Origin: Vicinamibacteria bacterium
GTDB lineage: Bacteria > Acidobacteriota > Vicinamibacteria > Marinacidobacterales > Marinacidobacteraceae
Assembly: GCA_963422395.1 (NCBI GenBank)
Contig: OY729431.1
Span: 1,504,001 to 1,568,000, forward strand
Reading direction: 5' to 3'
DNA: 64,000 nt
Made by a program: the position numbers and the translations under genes. The notes beneath the pieces are model-generated. The model was given only the letters and a program-made list of their open reading frames with translations, had not been told where the DNA came from and ran no database searches. This document shows, piece after piece, positions 9,421 through 18,617 of this stretch (within the stretch, counting starts at the first letter, position 1; each line of letters starts with the position of its first letter).

Positions 9421-9467
9421 CATCCAGGCGCTCGACTTCCCCCTCAACAACCTGGTGAGCTTGCACA
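9421..9467 (+). mobile_element. IS481-family right-end fragment
   Basis: CATCCAGGCGCTCGACTTCCCCCTCAACAACCTGGTGAGCTTGCACA is near-identical to the reverse complement of 59718-59764. Confidence 0.85.
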
Positions 9468-9579
9468 TGGGCGAAATGACGCGGCGAGGTTCGCTTTCCC
9501 CGGTACGGACCAGACGCCAATGGGAACGGGGGTGCTTGCCGACGGGCGCTCGGCGACGCTGCGGGCGTACCATCCCGCG

Positions 9580-10572
9580 ATGCCGGACGAACCGACGCTC
9601 GAAGGGATCGAGGCTGCCCACGCCGCGATCCCCGGGGAGTTCCGTAACTCTCCGCAGTTCGTTTCTGCGCCTCTCGGGGCCGTAACCAGAGCACGGGTGC
9701 TGGTCAAGGTGGAGTGCGTCAATCCGATCCGCAGCTTCAAGGCGCGGGGAGCCTGTTGGTTCGCCGCTCGGCGCGGGCCGGAGGCCGGCGGTGCCCGCGG
9801 AACCGGCTGGGTGACCGGTTCGGCAGGCAATTTCGGACAGGGTCTCGCCTGGGCGGCGCGGCGCGCCGGAATCCCGCTCACGGTGTTCTCCGCAACTGGA
9901 GCGAATCCGGCGAAGGTGACAGCGATGCGGGAGTTCGGCGCCGAAGTCCGGCTGGTGGGCGGCGACTTCGATGCCGCGAAGGAGGCGGGGCGTGCTTTCG
10001 CCGAAGACCGTGGAGCCATGTTCGTCGAGGACGGACGGGAGCCGGAGATCACTGAGGGCGCGGGAACGATCGCCCTCGAATGCCTCGAGGCGGGCGTACT
10101 TCCAGAGGCCGCACTGGTGGACACCGCGCTGGTTCCGGTCGGAAACGGCGCCCTCATCGGCGGGATGGGGCTTTGGATTCGCCACGCTCGCCCGGAGATG
10201 GCGGTGGTCGGAGTGGTGGCCCGTCGGGCGCCGGTGATGCGCCGCGCTTTCGCGTCCGGAGATTGCGCCGCTGCCAGCGAAACGCCCGAAACCTGCGCCG
10301 ACGGGATCGCCGTCCGGGTTCCGGTTCCGAAAGCGGTGGAACTCATGCGGCGGGTGGTGGACGAGGTCGTGGAAGTCGGGGAAGAGGCGCTCGAGGAAGC
10401 GGTTCGCCTCCTCCACCGGACTCTCGGGCTGGTGGTCGAGCCGGCAGGTGCTGCGGGAGTGGCCGCCCTCCTCGAACATCGGGCCCGGTTTTCGGGCCGG
10501 ACCGTCCTGACCCCGCTCTGCGGCGGCAACATCGTGCAGTGCGCTCCGGACGCGGGGCGTCAGGATGCGTGA
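9580..10572 (+). CDS. PLP-dependent threonine/serine dehydratase family protein
   Basis: SFKARGA (PLP Lys), SAGNFGQG, PVGNGALIGG, EPAGAAGVAA, LCGGN. Start re-placed to ATG 9580. Confidence 0.9.
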   Translation: MPDEPTLEGIEAAHAAIPGEFRNSPQFVSAPLGAVTRARVLVKVECVNPIRSFKARGACWFAARRGPEAGGARGTGWVTGSAGNFGQGLAWAARRAGIPLTVFSATGANPAKVTAMREFGAEVRLVGGDFDAAKEAGRAFAEDRGAMFVEDGREPEITEGAGTIALECLEAGVLPEAALVDTALVPVGNGALIGGMGLWIRHARPEMAVVGVVARRAPVMRRAFASGDCAAASETPETCADGIAVRVPVPKAVELMRRVVDEVVEVGEEALEEAVRLLHRTLGLVVEPAGAAGVAALLEHRARFSGRTVLTPLCGGNIVQCAPDAGRQDA

Positions 10573-10686
10573 GGCGTTCATGGGGGAAGGGGGAAACGCC
10601 TCGGCCGCCGCGCGCCCCACCACCGGGAGAACGGGGCCGGTCTTGGGGCTCGGTCCCTTTCTTTCATCCGTAGGCAGCTAGTCTCC

Positions 10687-12546
10687 ATGCCTTCCCAGTC
10701 CGTTCTCGGGCCGCGGGGGCCGCGGCCGGCCCGCCTCGTCGAACAGGTTCCCCTGCCCGGCCGGTCGGATGTTTCCGGCAACCGCGGCGCAGTGACCGCC
10801 ATGACCCCGGTTGCGGCCCGCACCGGGGCGGAGGTCTTGGCCGGCGGGGGGAACGCTGCCGATGCCGCGGTGGCCGCAGCGCTCGCCGCCGGCGTGGTCG
10901 AGCCGGCGATGAGCGGCCTCGGCGGTACCGCCTACGCCCTCGTCTTCGACCCGCGAATCGGAAGGGCGGTGGCGCTCGACGGGAGCGCTCGCTGCCCTCG
11001 GGCAGCGCGGGGGGGGATGTTCGAGGTGCTGCCCGGGGCGGGAAGCGGGCTCTACGGGTTTCCCCCGACGCGCGGTGACCGTGCCGAGACCGGGCCCCTC
11101 GCAGTGCTCGCGCCCACTGCCCCCGGGGTGCTCTTCGAGCTGCATCGGCGCTTCGGTCGGCTGCCGCTTCCGGTGCTGGTCGAACCGGCGATCCGGCTCG
11201 CTGAAGATGGCTTTTCGCCCGATTGGGTGTTCGCGCTCCATGCCGCCGCCGGCTATCGCCGCCTGAAGCGTTGCCCCCCGGCGTTTTCCCTCTACACCCG
11301 CGACGACGGCAGCCCCTTCGTTCCGGCGGGCGACGACGACCTGCTTCGTCTCCCCGAGCTCGCGGGGTCGCTGCGGCTTTTCGCCGCCGAGGGAGCGGAT
11401 GCCTTCGCCCGCGGCCCGGCCGCTCGCCGGATCGCCGAAGCGGTCGCCGCCGCGGGAGGCCTCCTCACCGAAGCCGACCTCGCCGTCTCGCCGGTGCGCG
11501 AAGCGGCGCCGCTGCGGTTTCGCTTTCGCGGACTGATGGTCGAGACCCTGCCGGAGAATTCGGGCGGGCCGACCCTCGCCGCCGCCCTGTACCACTTGGC
11601 GGCGTTCCCTCCGGCGGTGCTTCGGAGCTGCCTTCCGGCCGACTCCGGCACGGGGTCTTCGCCGGTTCGCGTAGAGGACGAGGTTCGCTTTCTCCACCTC
11701 GCCGGAGAGTCGCTGCGCCTCGCCTTCTCCGACCGTTTTCGCTATCTCGGCGATCCCGCGAGCGTGCCGGTCCCGCTCCCGGGGCTCCTCGATCCCGAGT
11801 ACCTCGTCCGGCGCCGGCACGGAATGTCGCCGGACGGCCCCCGGCTCGCGACGCCGCCGGAGCCGGTTCCCCCCGGCGCTAGCGAGGCCTTCGAGGGCGA
11901 ACTGCTTTCCGGCGCTCCGGCGGGCGATTGCACCACCCATCTGAACGCCATGGACGATGCCGGCATGGCGGTGGCGCTCACCGCAACCCTCGGGGGCCGC
12001 TTCGGGGCGGCTTTCACGGCCCCGGGACTGGGCTACCCTCTGAACAACGGCATGATGTGGTTCGACCCGCGGCCGGGCCGGCGCATTTCTGCGGCGCCCG
12101 GAAGGCGGGCGCTCCACGCCGCGGCGCCGGTCCTCGCCTTCGAGGATGGCATTCTCCGTGCGGCGGCGGGTTCCCCGGGAGGGCGGCGGCTCATCTCGGC
12201 AGTGGCGATGACCCTGGCCCGGCTGGTGGATCGCGGGTCTTCCATTGCAGAAGCTGCGGGGGGGCCCGGATTCCACAGGGAAGAAGGGCCACTGTTCCTC
12301 GACGAGCGAACTCCCGGCTACACTGCGGTCGCCCGCGGGCTCGAAGCGCGGGGACACGAAGTCCTCGTGCGGCGGGAGACCGCGCTGACCGGGCACTTCG
12401 GCCGAGCCAGCGGGATTCGCCGTGCCGAGCACCCTGCCGGCGTGTGTTTCGAGGCCGGCGTGGACCCGGTGCGGGCGGCCACCGCCGTCGCCCTCGTCGA
12501 AAAATATCCGGTCGAAAAGGACCCCGAATGGAGGCCGCTTCCATGA
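10687..12546 (+). CDS. ggt: Gamma-glutamyltransferase family protein
   Basis: GGNAADAAVA, EPAMSGLGG, CTTHLNAMD (Thr nucleophile), LNNGM, GSPGG. Confidence 0.9.
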   Translation: MPSQSVLGPRGPRPARLVEQVPLPGRSDVSGNRGAVTAMTPVAARTGAEVLAGGGNAADAAVAAALAAGVVEPAMSGLGGTAYALVFDPRIGRAVALDGSARCPRAARGGMFEVLPGAGSGLYGFPPTRGDRAETGPLAVLAPTAPGVLFELHRRFGRLPLPVLVEPAIRLAEDGFSPDWVFALHAAAGYRRLKRCPPAFSLYTRDDGSPFVPAGDDDLLRLPELAGSLRLFAAEGADAFARGPAARRIAEAVAAAGGLLTEADLAVSPVREAAPLRFRFRGLMVETLPENSGGPTLAAALYHLAAFPPAVLRSCLPADSGTGSSPVRVEDEVRFLHLAGESLRLAFSDRFRYLGDPASVPVPLPGLLDPEYLVRRRHGMSPDGPRLATPPEPVPPGASEAFEGELLSGAPAGDCTTHLNAMDDAGMAVALTATLGGRFGAAFTAPGLGYPLNNGMMWFDPRPGRRISAAPGRRALHAAAPVLAFEDGILRAAAGSPGGRRLISAVAMTLARLVDRGSSIAEAAGGPGFHREEGPLFLDERTPGYTAVARGLEARGHEVLVRRETALTGHFGRASGIRRAEHPAGVCFEAGVDPVRAATAVALVEKYPVEKDPEWRPLP

Positions 12547-13310
12547 TCTCCCACTCCGCCCGCTCCGGATCTCGCCGGCTCTCGTTCGCCGGGATGCTGC
12601 TCGGCGGTTTGGCGGTGCTCCCGACGACCGGATGCGGCGGCGATGGCACCGCCCCTGCGCCTGCCCCCGCCCCACCGAGCGTACCGAAGCCCGCACCAGA
12701 TCCCGGGCCTCCGACGATGCGCTACAACTTTTCTCTGCCCGAAGTGCGGATCAGCCCGCGAGTTCCGGGGTCTCTGCCGGAGGGAGTTGCCTTCGCGCCG
12801 GCTATCGCGCTGGTGGCCCATCCGCGAGACTTCACCCCCTTCTCGCTGGGGCAGCCTGCTTCCGACGGCCTCGAAGTGCTGGCGGAGACCGGGGCATCGG
12901 AGCTCTTCCTCGAGGGAGCGAGAGCGGCTGCCATGAAGGAGATCGCCGCGAGCTTCGGCGAGCTGCTGGCGATCTTCCTCAGCCCCGACCCCTCGATCGA
13001 GATGCACCCCGACCGCCCCTGCCTCACCTACGCGCAGAGGATCGCTCCGAGCCCCGATTGGTTCATCGGCTTCTCGAATGTCTGTGCGACCGATGAGAGT
13101 GGGGCCTGGCTCGACGAGATCCGCGCGGATCTCATCGCCTACGACGCTGGAACCGCCGCCGGCGACGAGTTCGCCGACAAGGCCGAGGGCGGCGATACCG
13201 AGCCGCGAGATCCGGTGTCCCATCTCGACCGCCCCCCGCATTTCGTGCCCCCCGCCGTGGTCCAGGTGCTCCGCGCTGCCCGCAAGACCGACCCGCAAGA
13301 CCGCGAGTAG
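12543..13310 (+). CDS. Spondin_N domain lipoprotein
   Basis: Signal peptide ending TTGC, Pro-rich linker, ASDGLEVLAETG, IAPSPDWFIG, YDAGT. Start at ATG 12543 overlaps the ggt stop. Confidence 0.82.
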   Translation: MISHSARSGSRRLSFAGMLLGGLAVLPTTGCGGDGTAPAPAPAPPSVPKPAPDPGPPTMRYNFSLPEVRISPRVPGSLPEGVAFAPAIALVAHPRDFTPFSLGQPASDGLEVLAETGASELFLEGARAAAMKEIAASFGELLAIFLSPDPSIEMHPDRPCLTYAQRIAPSPDWFIGFSNVCATDESGAWLDEIRADLIAYDAGTAAGDEFADKAEGGDTEPRDPVSHLDRPPHFVPPAVVQVLRAARKTDPQDRE

Positions 13311-13342
13311 CCGCGCGGCAAGAGCGAGCTCCGCGCGGCCTA

Positions 13343-13532
13343 ACAGTCCGTGGATAAAGTGGCGCGAGCACCGAGACCGGGGAGGCGCCTGGCTGACAAG
13401 GCGCGAATCGGGAGGCATACCGGGCGTATTCCGACGGATTCGCAACGAAGAGCGAAGCGGTTCAGCCGGGGCCCCCACCGGGAGAACTGGGCATCGCCGG
13501 TCGACTGCCGTGTGACTTTGTCCACGGGCGGT
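13343..13532 (-). mobile_element. MITE-family copy B (complete, ~190 bp)
   Basis: Imperfect terminal inverted repeats ACAGTCCGTGGATAAAGT ... ACTTTGTCCACGGGCGGT, flanked by TA on both sides. Internal hairpin. Confidence 0.82.
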
Positions 13533-13640
13533 TAAGGTTCGACCGTTTCCCGAGGGCCTACAATCCCGCGTCTCTGGACGTGGTTTCGCTCCGGGCGCGG
13601 ACCTGGTCGAAAAAATCGTCCACAGCGAGGTGAACCGAGC

Positions 13641-14408
13641 ATGAAAAATCTCCCGACCCTGCGGAGCACTTTCCTGGCGGCGGCGTTGATCGGCGGCGTC
13701 TCCACTTTCAGCGGTTGTGGAAGCGACAATTCCACGATTCCCGCGCCGACGCCGGCGCCTCCGGCCCCGACCCCAGCTCCGCAGCCGGATCCCGAACCTC
13801 CGTCGCCGGCGGAGAAGGCGACCTTCGACATCGAGTATGTGCCGCTGATTTCGGGGAATCCCCTGTTCCAGCAGCTCGGAGCGCAGCCCTTCCCCGAAGG
13901 GGTCGCGGCCGCTGCAGAGGTCGCCATGGTCGCGCATTCCGCCGATGCGGTCCTTTGGGAGGAGGACGGCTTGGCCTCAGAGGGGCTGAAGAGCCTCGCC
14001 GAGACCGGCACCTCCAGTCTGTTGATCGCCGAGGCCTACGGGCTCGGCTACACCACCCTGGCCCAGACTTTCGAGGTGGTCACCCAGGTCATCGGTGCCG
14101 AGGAGTTGACCCTGGCGCACGATCAGCCCTGCATCAGCTTCGCCCAGAAGATCGATCCGAGCCCGGACTGGTTCCTCGGGTTCAACGCCTGTGCCGTCGA
14201 CGAGGACGGGAACTGGCTGCAGGAGATCACCATCACGGCCATCGCTTTCGACGCCGGAACGGCCGAGGGAGACGACTTCTCGCCGAAGGCCGAGGGAGCG
14301 GACAGCGACCCGCGCCAACCGATCGCCCCGCTCGAGGTCTCGGGTACGGTGTTCAGTCCGGCCCGGACGCCGCTCTCCACCATCACTGCCACCCTTCGTA
14401 CCGAATAG
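13641..14408 (+). CDS. Spondin_N domain lipoprotein (paralogue 2)
   Basis: Lipobox FSGC, Pro-rich linker, ASEGLKSLAETG, IDPSPDWFLG, FDAGT. RBS GAGGTG upstream. Confidence 0.85.
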   Translation: MKNLPTLRSTFLAAALIGGVSTFSGCGSDNSTIPAPTPAPPAPTPAPQPDPEPPSPAEKATFDIEYVPLISGNPLFQQLGAQPFPEGVAAAAEVAMVAHSADAVLWEEDGLASEGLKSLAETGTSSLLIAEAYGLGYTTLAQTFEVVTQVIGAEELTLAHDQPCISFAQKIDPSPDWFLGFNACAVDEDGNWLQEITITAIAFDAGTAEGDDFSPKAEGADSDPRQPIAPLEVSGTVFSPARTPLSTITATLRTE

Positions 14409-14469
14409 CCAGGCACACCGCGGTCGGAGTCCGCCGAATCCGGCGGTCGTGATTCCGCTCGGAGATCAC

Positions 14470-15936
14470 ATGAACTCTGATCGCGCGGATCGCTCCGAGT
14501 CGGCGGCCGCGCAGGCGCATGGCCGCCCCCGAGTGGTCATCGTGGGCGCCGGGCAGACCGGCCGGGAGCTCGCTCGGCAGCTCGCGCAGGAGCGGCGGGT
14601 GGTCGTTCTCGACACCGACCGAGCGAAGCTCGATCAGCTGTGCCCCGAAGCCGAGAGCCCGAATATCGAGACGATCGCCCGCGATGGAACGAGCGCTCTC
14701 GCTCTGCGGAGCGCCGCCGGCGAAGGCGCCGAGTGGGTGATCGCCACCACCGACCAGGATTCGGTGAACATCGAAGTCTGTCGGTTGGCCGCGGAACTCG
14801 CGCCCCGCCCCTCCGCGATCGGCACCCTGCGGGCATCGGAGCGCGCGCCGCTGCTGCGGGCCACCGGTGCCGAGAGCGTCGCCCGCCCGGTGATGATCGC
14901 GAACCAGATCCGGAACCGCATCGAACGGTCTCACCAGGTGGCGACCTCGCTCGGATTCGGGCGCGGCGAGATCCGGGAAATCCAGGTTTTGCCGACTTCT
15001 CCGGCGGTGCGGGTGCGGCTCCGGGACCTCGGCGCCCGAAAGTGGCTGGTGGCTGGGATCTATCGCGCGGACCGTTTCGTGGTGCCCCATGGCGATGCGG
15101 TGATCGAGGCCGGCGACCGCCTGCTGATCACCGGCGAACCCGAAGTCGCGCCGGGTGCCGCGGAGTTTCTGCGCGAGGGGAAATCACTCTTCCCGCTCCA
15201 GTTCGGCAGCCATCTCGTGGTCTTCGCCGAGCGAGCCCTCCCCGACCTCGCCTGGCGAGAGGCCGAGTACCTGTTCCGTACTTCCCGGGCGCGCCATTTT
15301 CGGATCGTGGCTCCCGAGGGAATCGGACCTCCGGCGGACTTCGGAATCCCGGCGCAGCAGTGCGTCCGGGTTCCGCCAGGAGACGACCCGTTCGGCGCCG
15401 CCCGCCCCGATGCCGGGTGCGTGGTGATCGGGCGGAGCGAACCCTCGCTCGCGGCCCGCATCGGATGGAACACCGCCCGCTTTCTCTCGACCGTGGCCGG
15501 ATTCTCCTGTCCCGTGCTGATTCCCGGCGGCCGCTTTCCCTGGAAGCGGCTCGTGGTTCCAGTGACCGATGTGCGCTCTACCCTTCGCGCTGCGGATACC
15601 GCGATCGGACTCGCCCGCCAGTTCCGCATTCCGCTCGCCGCCATCCTGGTGACCCCGCCGGCGTTCATCAGCGGCGGATTCGACGAAGCGGGTGATGCGG
15701 GCACCGTGCTCCCCGCCATCGAGCGGATGGCCGAGCTCTATCGCACCAGAGTGCCCATCCTCCGCGCCGAGGGGAATCCGCCGCGGCAGGTCGCCCGCCT
15801 CACCGAAGCGCGCGACCTGATCGTGCTCGGGTACGACCCGAGCCACGCCGGGTCTTTCTTCCGGCCGGACCCGGCGGTGCACATGATGATCCGCGCCCGC
15901 GCCTCGATTCTCGCCATTCCGGTCCCCACGCAGTGA
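14470..15936 (+). CDS. TrkA-N/TrkA-C (RCK) protein fused to USP-like C-terminal domains
   Basis: VVIVGAGQTG Rossmann motif, TDQDSVNI, VVPHGDAVIEAGDRL (TrkA-C), C-terminal RLVVPV..DLIVLG..SILAIP. RBS GGAG before ATG 14470. Confidence 0.8.
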   Translation: MNSDRADRSESAAAQAHGRPRVVIVGAGQTGRELARQLAQERRVVVLDTDRAKLDQLCPEAESPNIETIARDGTSALALRSAAGEGAEWVIATTDQDSVNIEVCRLAAELAPRPSAIGTLRASERAPLLRATGAESVARPVMIANQIRNRIERSHQVATSLGFGRGEIREIQVLPTSPAVRVRLRDLGARKWLVAGIYRADRFVVPHGDAVIEAGDRLLITGEPEVAPGAAEFLREGKSLFPLQFGSHLVVFAERALPDLAWREAEYLFRTSRARHFRIVAPEGIGPPADFGIPAQQCVRVPPGDDPFGAARPDAGCVVIGRSEPSLAARIGWNTARFLSTVAGFSCPVLIPGGRFPWKRLVVPVTDVRSTLRAADTAIGLARQFRIPLAAILVTPPAFISGGFDEAGDAGTVLPAIERMAELYRTRVPILRAEGNPPRQVARLTEARDLIVLGYDPSHAGSFFRPDPAVHMMIRARASILAIPVPTQ

Positions 15937-15943
15937 CCCGCCA

Positions 15944-18550
15944 TCAGCGGCGCGGGCGGATGGGGGACGCTCCGGAAAGAGCCGCCCCGATGGGCGAACC
16001 GGGAGGAAGCGCCGGGCGCTTCGCTTCCGGATCGAGGCTCTCTTCCCGGTCGAGGAACCGGTGGATGTCAGCGGTGGCGAGCATCTCGTGGGCGCTCGCG
16101 TCTTCCATCCCCGCGAGTCGGCCGCCGAGCGTGCGGAGCCGATCCTCGATCACTGCCCGCACCCGCGCCGGATTGTCGGGGTTCTGTGCTTCCCGCATCA
16201 TGCCGTTCACCACGCTTCGCTCGGCGGCGTCCTGGACCGCGCGGCGGTAGCCGTCCTCCGGCTCCCCGGCGCCCCAGGTCTTCTCGACGAGTCGGTCGAG
16301 CACCTCGCCGAGCCCCGGTTGGCTGGAGTCCATCGCCTGGTTGTTCACCAGCCGCGCCATCCGTTCGGGATGGAGCAACAGCAACACCGTGTAGTCGGCG
16401 GAAGTGTCCACTGCGGCGAGCGGATCGAAGACGAGGCCGGTGTGTCCGTCGAAGGTCTCGCCGCCGGACACCCGATAGGCAGGCGGCGGGATCAGCTCCA
16501 CGATCCGCTCGGGCAGAGCGAGGAAATCCGTTTCCAGAGTGCGGAGCACGACCTCGAGCGCCTGGCGCTGACGGTTGCCGGGCACCGGCGCCACCGGGCG
16601 CTGACCGTCTCCCCGCACCGCATAGTAGTACTCCTGCCCGCCGATCGTGTTCATCGCCGCCTTCATCTGGAAGCGGTGGTGGAGGTAGAGCGGGACCAGC
16701 ACCGGCTCGAGCAGGGACATCGCTTCGCCGGGTCGAATGGCCTCTTCTCCGAACGCGTCGAGGCCGGCCTGGCGGATTTCGATCTCGCGCTCGAGGTGGC
16801 GGACCAGGTCCCCGCCGTTGTCCCAGACCGACACCAGCGGATGCGCACCGGCGCCGATGTAGTTGTCGGTGTGCGCCATGAAGCGCGCCTCCGAGGTCAG
16901 GCTCTCCTGAAGGATGGCGTCGAGGGCGGCCGCCGTCCTATCCGGCGGGAAGTGGCCGTAGGCCCAGCGAACGGAGAGCACATCGTAGGAACCGATGCCG
17001 ACTCCGTAGGCGTCGTCGAGCGACACGACCCCATCCTCGAGGACCGCGAGCGGAGCCGGGTAATCCATCACACTCGCCCGCCCGCCGTAGGTGGAGGCCA
17101 GATAGTTGTGGGGAAAGCCGAGCGTGTGCCCCACTTCGTGGGCGGAGAGCTGCCGCACCCGGGCCAGCGCGAGCTCGACCGGTGAGGCGCCTTCGCCCAC
17201 CTGGGCCAGGTAGGAGAAGCCCGGCGCCGCCGAGAGCCCGCAGGAGTGCGGGCCGCCGGGGTCCGGCGGGAGACCGGCAGACCGATCGAAGGGCAGAGCA
17301 CTCGGCAGGCCGCCGAGCGCGGCGCCGTACGGCGCGGTGAGGCCCACCCCGTGGAGGTGATCCTGGCGAAGCCGCAGGCTTCCGAGGTTCACATTCCCCT
17401 TGATGATCTCTCCGGTACGCGGATCCTGGACCGACCCGCCGTAGGACCAACCGCGGGTTCGACGGTGCGTCCAATGGATCATGTTGTAGCGGATGTCCTG
17501 CGCATCCGCCCCCTCGGGAAGAACCTCCACTCGAAACGCGTCGATGAACCCGGCGGCCTCGAAGGCGTCGTTCCACCAGCGGGCACCGTCGAGCAGCGCA
17601 CTCCGGACCGGCTCCGGCACCCCGCGGTCCAGGTGATACATGATGGGCTCGACCGGTTCGGAGCGTTCGGCGGACGGGTCCTTCTTCTGGAGGCGGTGGC
17701 GGGCGGCGAGCCGCACGGTCATCCGCTGGTCGATCGGAGTCGCATAGTCCAGGAACTGCGGCCCGTTGGCTCCGATTCGCGGATCCGCGGCCCGAACCTC
17801 GAAGCCCGGCCCCGGTAGCCGGACCAGCGAATGGTGCTGGCGCAGAGTGACCGCTTCGCCGCTCGCCGCTACCCCGCTCACCAATCTCCCCGGAGCGTCG
17901 CTCGTGAAGGTGAGCAGCGTCTCGACTTCGGAATTGTCGGGAAATCCCTTGGTGTGGGGCAGATAGAAGGTGCTCCGCTCCCGGTCCACCGCGAATCTCC
18001 CCTGCCCGGCGCGGGCGATCCGGGCCGCGGCGCCGTGCGTATCCCGGAGGAAGAAGTCGGTCGCGTCCACGAGCACCCGCTCTCCGGACTCGGCCGCCAC
18101 CGCGAATCCCCAGTGGACCGACGGCGCGAAAGCGTCCTCCACCGCCCGTACTTCGTCGGGGTTGTCGCTCTCCGCGCGGAAGCGGTGGTTCGGCTCCATC
18201 AACAGCAACCGCGGCCCGATCCGAGTGGGCCGGAGGAGTGCGGTCATGCTCAACTGGCCGCGGTCGAGCCCCACCGGATTGCTGCCGAGTCCGGAGGCGA
18301 GCGAAACCTGATACAGGAATTCTTTTTCCTGGTCTCCGAACTCCGCGTAGAGCTTGCCGGTGGCGTCATCCCAGTAGAGCGGGACGAAGCCCGAAATCGC
18401 CGTCATCCCGGAGGTCTTCTCCTCGATGGTCGGCAGCGCGTCGGCCCCCCGTGTGTTTTGGGAGGACGTCGGGGCTGCAGTCAGCAGCACGGCCAGCGTC
18501 GAAGCTGCCAAGGCCCGGTGCGCCCGGAGGAGAGCGGAAAACTTCGTCAT
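15944..18550 (-). CDS. Secreted zinc-dependent metalloprotease (DUF5117/DUF4953-type metzincin)
   Basis: HEVGHTLGFPH zinc motif, SVMDY Met-turn, DPRTGEIIKG, signal peptide after ATG 18550. Confidence 0.9.
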   Translation of the reverse strand: MTKFSALLRAHRALAASTLAVLLTAAPTSSQNTRGADALPTIEEKTSGMTAISGFVPLYWDDATGKLYAEFGDQEKEFLYQVSLASGLGSNPVGLDRGQLSMTALLRPTRIGPRLLLMEPNHRFRAESDNPDEVRAVEDAFAPSVHWGFAVAAESGERVLVDATDFFLRDTHGAAARIARAGQGRFAVDRERSTFYLPHTKGFPDNSEVETLLTFTSDAPGRLVSGVAASGEAVTLRQHHSLVRLPGPGFEVRAADPRIGANGPQFLDYATPIDQRMTVRLAARHRLQKKDPSAERSEPVEPIMYHLDRGVPEPVRSALLDGARWWNDAFEAAGFIDAFRVEVLPEGADAQDIRYNMIHWTHRRTRGWSYGGSVQDPRTGEIIKGNVNLGSLRLRQDHLHGVGLTAPYGAALGGLPSALPFDRSAGLPPDPGGPHSCGLSAAPGFSYLAQVGEGASPVELALARVRQLSAHEVGHTLGFPHNYLASTYGGRASVMDYPAPLAVLEDGVVSLDDAYGVGIGSYDVLSVRWAYGHFPPDRTAAALDAILQESLTSEARFMAHTDNYIGAGAHPLVSVWDNGGDLVRHLEREIEIRQAGLDAFGEEAIRPGEAMSLLEPVLVPLYLHHRFQMKAAMNTIGGQEYYYAVRGDGQRPVAPVPGNRQRQALEVVLRTLETDFLALPERIVELIPPPAYRVSGGETFDGHTGLVFDPLAAVDTSADYTVLLLLHPERMARLVNNQAMDSSQPGLGEVLDRLVEKTWGAGEPEDGYRRAVQDAAERSVVNGMMREAQNPDNPARVRAVIEDRLRTLGGRLAGMEDASAHEMLATADIHRFLDREESLDPEAKRPALPPGSPIGAALSGASPIRPRR

Positions 18551-18617
18551 CAGAAGAACCAACCTTTGTGAAAGACGGCGAAACAGCCCCGGTCCGGCGC
18601 GTTCCGCATGCGGTACA

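Noticed and set aside
9322-9579. N-terminal extension of the dehydratase ORF and small ORFs at 9275, 13340 and 13350
   Set aside because: These are read-through translations of MITE and IS481 sequence, not real coding regions.
10614-10640. CCACCGGGAGAAC 13-mer shared with the MITE interior
   Set aside because: Too short, with no flanking similarity or terminal repeat; it could be chance.
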